A DNA stretch of 64,000 nt from the NCBI GenBank assembly GCA_021613535.1, contig CP075492.1:6572001-6636000 (forward strand), in the 5' to 3' direction. Under the pieces are notes generated by a model, which did not search any database, had not been told where the DNA came from, and saw only the letters and a list, made by a program, of their open reading frames with translations. Positions 24,101 through 36,981 of this stretch are shown one piece after another. Both the position numbers and the translations under genes were made by a program. Origin of the DNA: Adineta vaga (lineage: Eukaryota; Animalia; Rotifera). The stretch's first letter is position 1. Each line of letters begins with the position of its first letter.

Positions 24101-26201
24101 CTTCATCTGTTGCATCAGGTTTGCCAAATCGTATATTATCTTCAATTGTACCAAAAAATAAGACAGGTTCTTGAGAAACAATACCAATATTCGATCGTAA
24201 CCATCGTAAATTCAATGAACGTATATCTCGACCATCTAATAAAACTTCTCCTTCTTCTGGATCATAAAATCGTTGAATCATTTGTATTGAGGTACTTTTT
24301 CCACAACCTGACGAGCCGCAAAGTGCAATCGTTTTTCCCGATGGAATTTTCATTGTTAAACCATTAAGAACCTAATTATAATAGAATCGATCTCAAATGT
24401 TAATCAAAATAAATTTCTTACCGGTGCATCTTGACGAGCCGGATATGTAAAATGTATATTTTTAAATTCAATATCTCCTGTAAATGTCGCTGGTTTTTCT
24501 CCTTCATCACTAAATATATCGATTTTTGATTGTCGTTGAATAACATCGAAAACATAACCACCAGAACCGGAGGCTTCAGCAAATGCTTGTAAATTAGGAA
24601 TTAAATTTGATAAAGAAAATGTTGTTGTTAAACACGATATAAATACCTAGATGTAAAAAAAAAGCATTTCTAATCATTCAGATCAATAGATGAATGAATA
24701 CATACCACCATCCAATGACCAGCAGTATAATTGTTACATTCAGTTCGAATGAGATATGGACCATACCAGAATATAATAGCGATACCACCATAGAGTACAA
24801 CATTAACTAATGCTTGAGCTACACCTAAGAGTACACCTTTTTGTATTCCAACATGTCTACCTTTGGTTAAATTGCTTTCATATCTATAAGAAGAAATTAA
24901 AGATAATTCTATTACTTGTAACATTCTTTCTAACCTTTGTAACTCTCTTGGTTGTCCACTAAATGCTGTTACTGTTCTTATAGCACCTAGAACTTCTTGT
25001 GCAACAGCATTTGCTGTACTATAAGCTTGTAATTCTAAGACCGTATATTTAATCATAATCTAAACAAAAAGATTTCAATCTATTATTCATATTGAACTAA
25101 TTTCGATTGTATAATTACACGAATAAGAAAATTGATCGAAAGAATAATCAATGGTGAAATAGAAAGAAACACAAGAGTTAATTTCCAACCAGTGTAGAAT
25201 GAATATATTAATGTTGCAATAATTCGAGATAGAAGACAAATGAAATCAGCTACACGAAAGCCAGTACCTTCACGAATATTTTCCAAATCATCAACAAGAC
25301 GACTAGATAATTCACCTATATAAAAAAAGAAAAACTAGCATAGAACAAAATAAACACTCGTCAATAACAAACCAGAATTTCGACAATCAAACCAACTCAT
25401 TTCTTGTCTCAATATACTTTCAAAAAGTGCATATCGTATTCGACGTAATTGTCTTTCTGATGCAGTCATCTACAAATACATCAATTCATTATTTAACCTT
25501 TCTATTTTCATTTCCAAAAAGCAAACATTCTCACCCATAAAGCATATGCTATCCAATGAGTAACGATACTTGCTGCTCCTAAAGTTGCATACCATTTAAT
25601 AATACCTTCAATTGTTGTGAATGGATCACCAGTATATGCTGGATCTTTATAACTAAATTACAAAGAATCGAATTAATTAATTGATTGATTGTCTTTTCGT
25701 ATCATTATTTATTTTTCATACCAATTACTATTAACTGTAGCATTCCCTTTGCCTATATCAACTAAACCATTCATAACACTTTGAAATAGCCACATCATAA
25801 TTGGCATTGCTGCACCAGTCGCCAGAGCTAATTGAAAACAAAAGAATTAATTAGAAGAGAAACATGAAATTATCTACCAACGATCGTGCCCAACACCATA
25901 AAGAAAATATCCCATTTATCAGCAAATTTATACTAAAACATGTTCAGAAATGATGCAAATAGATTATCTCAAATTGAATACTTACGATTTCAAACGTTTT
26001 CAATTTCGGACCTTGTGGTTTCTTTTCTACTTCGACTTCTTTCTCTTTTTTCTCCTTTTTAAAACATCGATGAAAAAAACTTTTCTTTGATTCATCTTCT
26101 GTTGCTGTCATTGAATCAATTGATTTGACAATATCATCTCTCTCGAGTTGTTTGACTGTATCATCGTCCACTGGATTGACTTTTCCATTTCCTTTTAGCA
26201 T
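21134..26201 (-). CDS. ABCB1: ABCB / P-glycoprotein full transporter, copy 1 (TMD-NBD-TMD-NBD)
   Basis: Two Walker A motifs ([18 protein letters not shown]), two LSGGQKQR signatures, two [11 protein letters not shown] and IAHRLS; about 20 exons. Confidence 0.93.
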
Positions 26202-26841
26202 GATTATCAAGAAAAAAGGTCTTTTTTTGTAAATGAAACTTAAAAATACAACAGTACACTTCGCTTTTAAATAGTAACCGTTGACGCAATTTTTTTTTCT
26301 TATTTTTTTTCTTGCAGTGCATGTTCTCATTCCAGTAGATATTTGTGCGTGCAAAAGTACGTTGTGGTACGCAAAAAATACCAATGTTCATGGCAATTTT
26401 TATTTGAAAGAAAAGTTCTTCAAAATGCGCCCGTTCTGTTGCAAATAGTGCTCTATCATCATGACTAAGTAAAGAAAAACAAGTTTATTTTATTGATGCA
26501 TAACAGAATTGAATAGAATTGTCTCATTCTCTAAATAAAACTTTTTTCTTCACTTTTAACAATAGTAAAAAATGTGGATCAATAAGTAGACAGGTAAAGA
26601 TTCAATCAAGGACTCTACTTTTTTTTCCTATAAACATTTCATTGATAAGAATGAATTTTTATCAGAGATATACTAAGAACTAATGTTTTGATTTATTAGT
26701 ACATTATGACATAGATTTAACACAAAGTTTTATTAGTATTCACCATAAAAAATGAGTTCATTTTGAAGCACAATTATTCCATAAAAATTATTTTCTTTAT
26801 ACAAATATCAATGATAGAATAGGTTCATGAATGGATTTTGA

Positions 26842-29800
26842 TCAATGTTTTTTACCAGTCCGTTTTTGTATTAATGCTAGTTTAGCATAGGCTCCACCCT
26901 TCTTTAACAATTCATCATGTGTTCCCTTAAACAAAAACATTTTGCTTCTTTTTCTCGAAAAGAATATCGATTTTACACTTACTTCTTCACTCACTTTACC
27001 ACGATTAACGACCGCAATCTTTTCAGATGTTTTTATTGCTGATAAACGATGTGCTATCGTAATACATGTTCGACCAGTTCGTGCTTGATCCAATGCTTCT
27101 TGCACAACTTTTTCACTCTTATTATCTAATGCAGATGTAGCTTCATCAAGAAGTAAAATCTTTGGATTGCGAATAAGTGCTCGAGCAATAGCGACTACAA
27201 ATATCATGAAATATATATATATATATATATATTTATTCATGAATAAGATCAAAGAGACTTACTTCGTTGTTTCTGTCCACCAGATAATTGACTACCTCTT
27301 GATCCGCATATTGTTTCATAAGCCTTAGAGAATTAAAGATTTATTTAAAATAAAAAAAGAACATAGAATACCTGTGGTAAGCCAAGAATTAATTCATGAA
27401 TATTTGACATTCGAGCAACTTTTTCAATATCTTCTTGTGTTACTGATCGACTATTATCACCATAGGCAATGTTATCACGAATAGAAAGATTAAACAGAAC
27501 AGGTTCTTGTTGAACAAGACCGATTAGCGACCGAAGCCATCGAATATTAAGTACTTTGATATTATGTCCATCGAGAAGAATCTGTCCTTTGATTGGATCA
27601 TAGAATCGTTGTAATAGTGCAACTGTTGTAGATTTTCCACTACCAGATGGACCGACAAGTGCTGTTGTATGACCTTGAAGACATTTCAATGAAAAATGTC
27701 TCAAAATACGCATAGTCATTCGTGTTGGATATCGAAAATAAACATCATGAAATTCAATATCACCTTTAACTTCATTCTAAATTATAAAACAAAAAAAATT
27801 GTTTTTTACGATCTTAAGAGGAAAGATCATCTAAATGAATTTCTCATACTAATATAATGCCTGATTCATCATTCGGATCGATTAATGATGATCGTTTATG
27901 AAGATTGATAATTCGTAATGCTGCCGCTTTTGCTTTCGAATAATCCGGCATCATTGCCAATGAACGACCAACAATAAAAATAATCAATATCATTACACAA
28001 AACACTCTAATATGAAAAGAGAATCGTTTTTTTTAAATTAAATGTCATGAATTATATTTACCTGTAAACTTTATCAAAATGCAATTCACCATTTTCTACT
28101 AGTCGAGCACCGTATGAAAAACACGCAAATTGAAGAAAATACAATAACGAATCGGGTATTGCTGCACCTAAAGCAATTAGAGGTGCTTGATATATTTGTT
28201 TTCTAAATGAATATTGTTTATAAATGAATTCTTCAAGAGAAATATTTGTTCATTCTACTTGAATTCTTGATTAAACACATTTTCATACAATCCGACAAAA
28301 TAAATTTCTTTTTTCAACGTAACAACAGTTCGAATTTGTTCAATTGCTTGTGTTGCATACTAGATGAATGAATCTTTACAATAATCAGTGAAACTCTATG
28401 ATATTTTACATTACTTGTCCACCTTGTTCAATGAATGATGGTTCACCATCAAAACCATTCGATTGATTATCATTTAAACTTCGAAGTTTACCTGATAGTA
28501 TGAGTAATGGAGCAAAAGCCAAAGTAATTAATGTTGTTTTCCAGCTTACTGTAAGTGCAATAATCAAACCAAGAAGTAAAGCACCTATTGATTCAAAAAT
28601 AGATCCAATACGAAGACCTGTTAATCCCTAAACATCGTATCACTTATTTAGTTTTACCAACATATCGAAATGATTCGTGAATACCTTGAGTGCTGCAGCA
28701 TCCGACGATAGACGTGTAACAAGTGCTCCAACTGAATTTGCTTCCATATCAAAGAAATTCATTTCTTGTCGAAGAATTGCTTTCAATGTTAGTTTTCTCA
28801 TATACATCGTTAATGCTTCACCAGATTTAGCAAAACTAAGACTGATGAAAAATTGTGCAATACCTCCGCCTAATCCATTAAGAAAACATAATATAGTATA
28901 GAATTGTATTAGACGTTTTTGTTCATTAAGATTTGGTTCGCCCATTGAACTATAGAATTTTGCAAAGAACCATCCAAAAAGTGGTTGACTTGCACCGAAG
29001 AGAAGAGAAGAAATTATTCCAAGTAAAATCCAATGCCATTCCGAAATATTATATTTGAACATTTCGAAGAGAAATGGTTTATAAAAATATTTGAGATAGT
29101 TGGAATTTCTTTTCGAAATTACTGGATCAGTATGATGATCCCAACCATCGGAATTCGCAGATGAAATTGCGGATATTTTCGAAATTGTACGAGCAACTAC
29201 ACGAAATATAGATCATAGAGAAAAAAAACAAAAGATAATTCAAATCAATTACCCGACATTTGTCGAGCAAGAATACAATCTTCAGTTTCATCTTCATCAT
29301 CGGAATCACTTTCTGTTTCATGTTCATCCTTTTGTGTTTGAGTAGTAACCAAATCATAATAGAGACCTTTCTTCTTCATTAATTCATCATGACTTCCGTG
29401 TTCAATAACTTGTCCATTTTCAAATCCAATAATAATATCAGCATTACGTATAGTACTTAAACGATGAGCAATAACAATTGTTGTTCGACCTTCTTTGGCT
29501 TTATCTAATGCTTCTTGTACCACTCGTTCACTTGTATTATCTTTTTACACATATAATGGTAATGTTATATTGAACAAGAAACAAAAGATTGACTTACCAA
29601 GTGCACTTGTAGCTTCATCTAATAATAGGATCTTTGGATTCGATATTAGAGCACGAGCAATAGCCACTATATGGAATATAGACTTCTATCGAAAATCGAT
29701 GTAAGTGATGGAAATTAGGCATACCTCGTTGTTTTTGTCCACCACTTAATTTACAACCCGAAGGTGTCTTATAATTCTACACGATAGAAAATATTCATCA

Positions 29801-32596
29801 ATATGAAATTTCTGAGAAAGGTTTAGATACATACTTGTGGAAGTGTCATGATAAAATCGTGTGCATTTGCCATTTTTGCTGCAATTCGTACTTCTTCATC
29901 AGTTGCATCTGGTTTGCCAAAGCGAATATTTTCTTCAATTGTGCCTGTAAAAAGAACGGGTTCTTGACTAACAATTCCAAGTTGTGATCGAAGCCAAGAA
30001 ACATTTAATGTTGTTAAATTTCTACCATCTAATAATATTCGTCCATCAGTTGGATCATAAAATCGTTGTATTAATTGAAAAGTTGTACTTTCTACGAAAA
30101 AAAACAAACAAGTAGATATTCAAACAGATTTTTCATTAACAAAGAAAAGAACTATGACATACTTCCACATCCGGATGATCCAACAAATGCAACTGTTTTT
30201 CCCGGTGGAATTTTAAATGATAATCGATTTAAGATCTACATAGAAAAGCAAAGATAATCATTCAATAGGAAATAAACCTCTACCGGAGTATCTTGTCGAG
30301 CAGGATAAGTAAAACTGACATTTTTAAATTCTAATTCACCTTGAATTGTCTTTGGTCTTTCACCTTCATCACTTAATCCATCAATTTGACTTTGCTAAAA
30401 TATCATTCCATTCTCTTGTTATTCTATTCTCATATCCATTTTGACTTACTCTTTTTATAATATCAAATACACAACTTCCACTAGTGATTGCTTCAACAAA
30501 AACTTGAATGTTAGGAATCAATTGAGATGCACATTTTGCTACATTCTAAATCAAAAACTTCAAATTAATCTACTTTTTTTTCAGAAAAATAAAACATACC
30601 ATACAAGCGAAAACCACCTTAAGTAAAAGAAAATCATTCGATGAAATTATTTTTAATTAACTAATGTGAACTTACTGTTAGAACAGTTCCAGCTGATGAA
30701 GTTAAACATTCATTTTGAGTATGATGAAAACCATACCTATAAGAATTTATAAAGACAATAGTTATCGGACTAATTATATACCAAAGTGTCAATGCAGTTG
30801 CTGAATAACTGAAAACATTTGTTAAACCTTGACATAATCCAACATAAATACCTTTTTTGATTCCAATTTCTTTAACTTTAATTAAATTATGCGCAAATCT
30901 AAAACAATCCTTCGTCTAATTCATCAATGAAATTGTTGATTATACATCAATACCTTTCTTCCTCTTTCGCTTGTCCATGAAATGCAGTTACTGTTCGTAT
31001 GTTTTGTAAAACTTCTTGAACAATAGCGGATGCACAAGCAAATGCTTTTACTTCTTTGATTGTATATTTAATAATTATCTAAAACAATGATTCTATTTGA
31101 TATTCTTATTCATATGAAAATCTATCGATTTACCTTAATAGTTAAGTTAAATGTAAAGATAATCAATGGCGATATGGATAAAAAGATCAATGCTAATTTC
31201 CAACCTCGAGAAAAAGCATACACAAGTGCACCAATCATCCAAGTTAATAATAATAAAAAATCAGGAACTTTTTTACTTAAAATATAAAATGACAATTTCT
31301 TTTCTCGAAATCAATTTTCATTTACCTCATGCCATCTTTAATTCGATCTAAACAAAACAAAAAGAAATAGATGAATTTCGAGAAGAAAAGAACGTGAATT
31401 ACCAAGATCATCAATAAGTCGATTGCTTAATTCTCCTGCATTGGAAAGATCGAACCAACCAATTTCTTGTCGGAGAATATTTCGAAACAGAGCAAAACGT
31501 ATTCGTCGGACTTGTCTTTCACCAGTTATTATCCACGAAGACCAAGCAATCCAAGACAAAATTGCCACGACAAAACCAAGTATTAAATAATAATTTATAA
31601 CATTTTTCAATGCAGCTGTGGATAGATTTGTCTCCGTATGATTGACCATCATTAAACTATTATATATCAAATGAATTGAAAATATGTAATGAAAGAATTG
31701 TATACCAATCATTTGAAATATTGTGATTTGATTGTTTCAAAAGACTATTGAGTACTTTTCTATATATCAGAAGCATAAGAGGATAGCAAGCTAAAGAAAA
31801 TGCAATTATGATCTTTGAATTCTGAATACTAAGATATCATACCGCCAAAGCCTAGTGCTAAAAAGAAAAGATGAATTAGATGAAATATTCTTCTTGAAAA
31901 AAGTTAACTAACCAGCAATGGTGCCCACAAACATAAGTAAATAATCGAGCTTATCTGCATATTTAAAGATTTCAAATGGACGACCATGTTGCGTTTCAGA
32001 TTCATTCGTTTTTCTGAATTTTTGAAGAAATCTAATAGAAAAAGAAAAGTTCCATCTTTGATTAATGATACGAAGAAAATCACTAAACGGTATTCTTTTA
32101 GAAATAATTGATCGTTTTCGAGAAATTGATATTGGCGACGATAGATCAAAATCACCTGGTACAGACATACTCCAACTAAGTTGTTGGCGAACATAAGGAG
32201 ACCGAAGAGCTTCACGAACTTCTTTCTCAAGAGTTCTTGCATTTGTAGGAAGTACATATGTAGATTTAATATCTGTTTCATTTGTATCAGATCTAATCGA
32301 ATAACAATAACAAAAAAAAATCATTTTGGTACCTAAAGCAGTTATCTATCTTACTTTTCATCATCGATGGGAATCTCTTCCATTGATGATTCTGAGGAAA
32401 TAGCAACATTTTCGTATGTTACAGGAGGCGATGAATTTGTTGTTAATGTTTCTTGTGAAGCTTTTGGTGAAGAATCAGGCAGATTTGTTAATGATGTAAC
32501 TGATGAAGGTATTGAAATCGACTTGGAATTGTCTTCAGAAGCGATTTCAGTTGTATCATCAATATCTGATTGAAATTTTACTCTATGCGTCGCCAT
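26842..32596 (-). CDS. ABCB1: ABCB / P-glycoprotein full transporter, copy 2, with an N-terminal Ser-rich extension and several micro-exons
   Basis: Same domain order and motifs as copy 1 but with more introns, including 15-, 18- and 22-nt exons near 31850, 30610 and 31335. Confidence 0.9.
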
Positions 32597-33544
32597 ACAA
32601 TTACCAAAGCAATTCTACAATGTAAAAATGAAAATCGATGATTTCACCTTAATAGAGATGAAGAAATGTTTTTTCAACAATTGATAATGGACCGATCAAA
32701 CGAAATCATATCGACTCTATCACCACCTTTATTCCTTTCACAAATCTAAAGAACATCTGTTTTATTTTAAAATGTATACAAATATAAACAAACAACAGAA
32801 GTCATTGTAATATTCGCATTATCACGATAATTTCACAGGACTCTACAGAAATGTTTACAAATAGATAAGTTACAATTGAAAAAGAAGATGAAGTAGGTCA
32901 TATTCGAAAGATGATTCACTGGTAATCTTATGATATATATATATATCTATCTGTCTCTATTGTTAAAATATATGTTATATTGAATCTAAGAGAACGAATA
33001 TATTCACATCGAATAGTGAATAAATAGAGAAAAAAGATGTGCCCACTATGGCATATATAACAAAAATAAAGAAATCATTTCATTTACATATAATCAATAG
33101 TTTCAGCGTGGATATATTGAACGACATATTTAAACTTTCTAAAGAATGATATATGTGATGTTCCCTACAATACATCACCCCTCGATCGTATTCGTATTAA
33201 ACAAATCAAACCACACCCATTTCTATAGGAAGAAATAAAACAGATGAACTATAATATACATCTAGACAGTTTAACTATAAGTATGTTCTTTATCCGCAGA
33301 TTATTGTTCAAGCGTATCATATCGATTAAAGATTATGATAATATGTAGAGCGTGTCCTATTGTTCATATCGATAATATTGATCAAATATGTACCTGTAAG
33401 AAATGAAGTGTGTCCTTTTTTTAAATTTTAGTTTTGTTCAATTTATTAGCACTAATTGTATAATTTTATAAGAGAAAAAAGAAAGTGAACAACAATTGAT
33501 AATTCAATAATGTTCTTTCTTAGGCACTTGTGATTAGTATTGAT

Positions 33545-36051
33545 TTAATTCGAGCCAGCCAAACGTTTCAATCGATCGAAATATATCGCTGGTCGGTGTT
33601 CAAGAAGCCACATACCAGCCGGTGATGTTGGATTACGATATGCATACATATATGTAACAGTAAGAGTAACAAGGGAAAGAATCAAAACAGATAATAGTAA
33701 AGTAATAAGAATTGTACGAAATGTTGAATAATGTTTAGAAGAAGAAACTGAAGACTGTTTTCGTCGTTCAAATTGAACTATTGATGATGGTAATGTTTTT
33801 GGGGAGAGAAACTGGTTATCATCATAGGCATCTTCTAAACTATTTGGACATGTACTTTCTGTAGCTAAACGATGACATTGAGAACGAATCCATTGTTGAC
33901 GTGAACGATCAAAACCATTCGAACATTTTTGTATATCATCACACCATGAACAATTATATCGTTTACCACGATTTGCTAAACATGATGTACAATCCGTAAA
34001 TGTATTACAAGCTAAAAACAAGACATTCTATCATCTATTGAATTCTGAATATTCTCAAATACATACTTTGATCCATATCAAAAATAACTGACACGCCACT
34101 AAGGATTTTATCTTTGTCTAAATTAATTTTATCATAAAGTGTGATAACTCGAACGATATGTTCATTCGTTGAATGTTGAGATAAATATGCATCCGATAGA
34201 CCAATTCGATGTGCGTGATTTGCACTTGAAACTTTCACTTTTGGTATTTGTAAATAATTAAAATAAATATTTCCTATAAAACAAAAAAAGACTTCAAAGA
34301 TGAAAAAAAAATTCTTTTATTTAAATTCAACAAACCAGTATCTTGCAAAATTGCTTGAAAAGTAAATGGACCTACATCTTGTTGATCTTGTAAATAAATT
34401 CCATTCCATGTACAAACAAAATGTGTTCCATTATCATAATAACTGATTTCTGTTTTATTATTACCAACTGATGCATCAAAATTCGCCATAAATGGTGCAA
34501 TACTATTCATTTCGAATTTAGAAAAAAATTTCAGATCAAATGTCATCATTTTACTTACTATTGTGTACTTCCAATCAATGCAGAATGCAGCAAATCACCC
34601 GTATAAATAAAACCTAAAGATTAAATACATATGAATACGAAAGATTACGTTTTGAGAAAAACGTTTAAAGCATGAGTAATTTAAAAAGCGAGGGATTGAA
34701 CACGAAGTAATAAATAGCAAATAAACAATGTTAACTGATCACCATCACTTACGAATTATATACAGATATCTGACAAATTATATGTCAATATAAATGAAAG
34801 TATATTAAAGAAAAACAAATAGGAAACAAAATTACCTCCAGTAGCAACAAGAATTTTATGGATTGTATGACCATAGAAAGGAAAACCAAATTTCAATTGA
34901 ATGCCCTAGAAAAAAATGTTTCGAATAAAATGAGCAAATAGATTTCTTTGTCTCATACAAATGCTGATCGATGACGATTTGTTAATGCGTGAATACGAAC
35001 AAATTGTGAATTATCTTGAAGAAAATTAATTGATATTCCTTCGGATTTTGGTATAATATATGACACATTATAATAATGATGATCATTCTAACAGAAGCAA
35101 ATGAGATTTAATAAAAGATTTCTCAAGAAACTTACAACAAAAACAGTTTGTTCGGTATTATTATAGAAATTTTTATTGGAAGTGATAAATTTTAGATCAT
35201 TATCTTCATCAATATATGCAAATTGTGATGATATAACTGTTTCCGGTGTTGTTATTGGATCGTTGATAGCTGGTAGCTTCTCAACATTTATTGTTGTACT
35301 TGTTAAAGTATTCAATGCACCTGTCAATGCTAAAATAGATTTTTTTTCATCGACGAAATATTTTCAATACAAGGATATTCTTACGTAAACATGAATAATT
35401 CTCAAGTAATTCTTCAACTTGTCGTAGATTTATTGGACATTGATCTTGTACTTCTTTCTTAATTTCATTGGTAAAATCCGAGATTGTACTGAAAAGAAAT
35501 AATTGGAAACAAATAATCATCTATAATTGAACTTACTGGCAATAACTATTGTCTTTATTATGAGACCAATATGCAAATAATCTTTTCAAGATTACTAATC
35601 GTTTATCATGTGAACATAATTGATTTTGTTGTTCATTAAGATTACATTTATCTATTCCGAGTAAACGAAGTAAATTAAGAATTAAACCACCATTCGATTT
35701 GACACTAAGTGGACAACGAAGTGAATCCAAACAAGATGAAAAATCTCTGAAATTGAACGAATAGATAAGAGATATAGATACAAATTTTGGTTAATACCTG
35801 CAATTTCTTAAATTAGAACATGTAAAAAGTTTTACATAAACATTTTGTCCACATGAAATTTGATCTTTATCAATATCTGGATAAAACCATGATGATTGAT
35901 CACGTTTTGTACGATTGGAATTTGATGTAATGATTTCATAGGGAGCTTTATGTATAAATGATGGATCATTCATAACTAAGACATCATCAATTCCATTGGA
36001 GTTTTGTAAGAAAAATATTAAATAAATCAATATTTGAATGAAATATTTCAT
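33545..36051 (-). CDS. PLXDC2: Plexin domain-containing protein (PLXDC1/2-like) type I membrane protein
   Basis: Signal peptide, FPFYGH..VATGGFIYTG..QYIAPFMANFD, FTFQAIL, HRIGLSDAY, PSI domain C..C..C.WC...CSNGFDRSRQQW, TM helix and YAYRNPTSPAGMWLLE. Confidence 0.9.
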
Positions 36052-36432
36052 TTTATTTATCTAAAAATTCAATCCAGATGTAAAGATACAATATCTAGCT
36101 AATCTTTTGTATACACGACGAAAGACTAAAATGACAGAAGACAATTGTATGCGTATGTTTTGATTCAATATAAAAGAAGAAAAAAAGAAAAAAAGAGGGA
36201 AGAAGAAGACGAAATCATTATACGAGGTCACCTGTACGCTTTTCTGACTGAATCAATGAAGGTAAATCGAATGTCTCATTCATTATGTACGTCACGTTCG
36301 TTATTCGTTCTTTTCTTCTTTTTAACGACAAACGATTAATTGATCATTATCATAAGAGAAAACTAATCCCCGCGCCTATACACACTTTTCTTCATTTTTG
36401 TTTTTCTTTTCGTCGATAACATTCGTTTAATC

Positions 36433-36900
36433 ATGGCCACGAATGGTGCATCCGTCTCAACCGATGAACGTTTAAAACAAGCCTATGAAGTTCTTTCAAA
36501 ACGAAATCATAATCGTGCATTAAGTCTTAAAGATGCTGGAACAGTAATTCGTGCAGCTGGTTATAGTCCATCGAACAGTGAATTAAAAAGAATAATCGAT
36601 ACAACACTAGGTGCAACTTATGCACATCAATTATTTGATTTAAAAACTATTGAAGATCTATGTAGTGGATTAAAGAAACGTTCGGAAAAAGATGTACATG
36701 ATAGTTTACGGTGTTTTGATTATGAACGAAATGGTTTTATTTCTGCTCAAGAATTAAAATATTTCCTAAGTACACGTGGAGAAAAATTAAGTGACGAAGA
36801 AATTGATGAAATGTTACGTGATTTAGATATTGATCAACAAGGTATGTTATCAATTGAACAAGCATTATCATTATTTTTCGTCGGTAATTATACTGTTTAA
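36433..36900 (+). CDS. Calmodulin-like / myosin light-chain-like EF-hand protein
   Basis: GTVIRAAGYSPSNSEL, FDYERNGFISAQELKYFLSTRGEKLSDEEIDEML. N-lobe EF loops are degenerate. Single exon. Confidence 0.85.
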   Translation: MATNGASVSTDERLKQAYEVLSKRNHNRALSLKDAGTVIRAAGYSPSNSELKRIIDTTLGATYAHQLFDLKTIEDLCSGLKKRSEKDVHDSLRCFDYERNGFISAQELKYFLSTRGEKLSDEEIDEMLRDLDIDQQGMLSIEQALSLFFVGNYTV

Positions 36901-36981
36901 AATTATCTAGAAAAAAAAAGAACAAACAAAAAAATACAATGAATTTTTTTTCTTCTTGTTATTAAGTTCGTTTTTCTCTCT

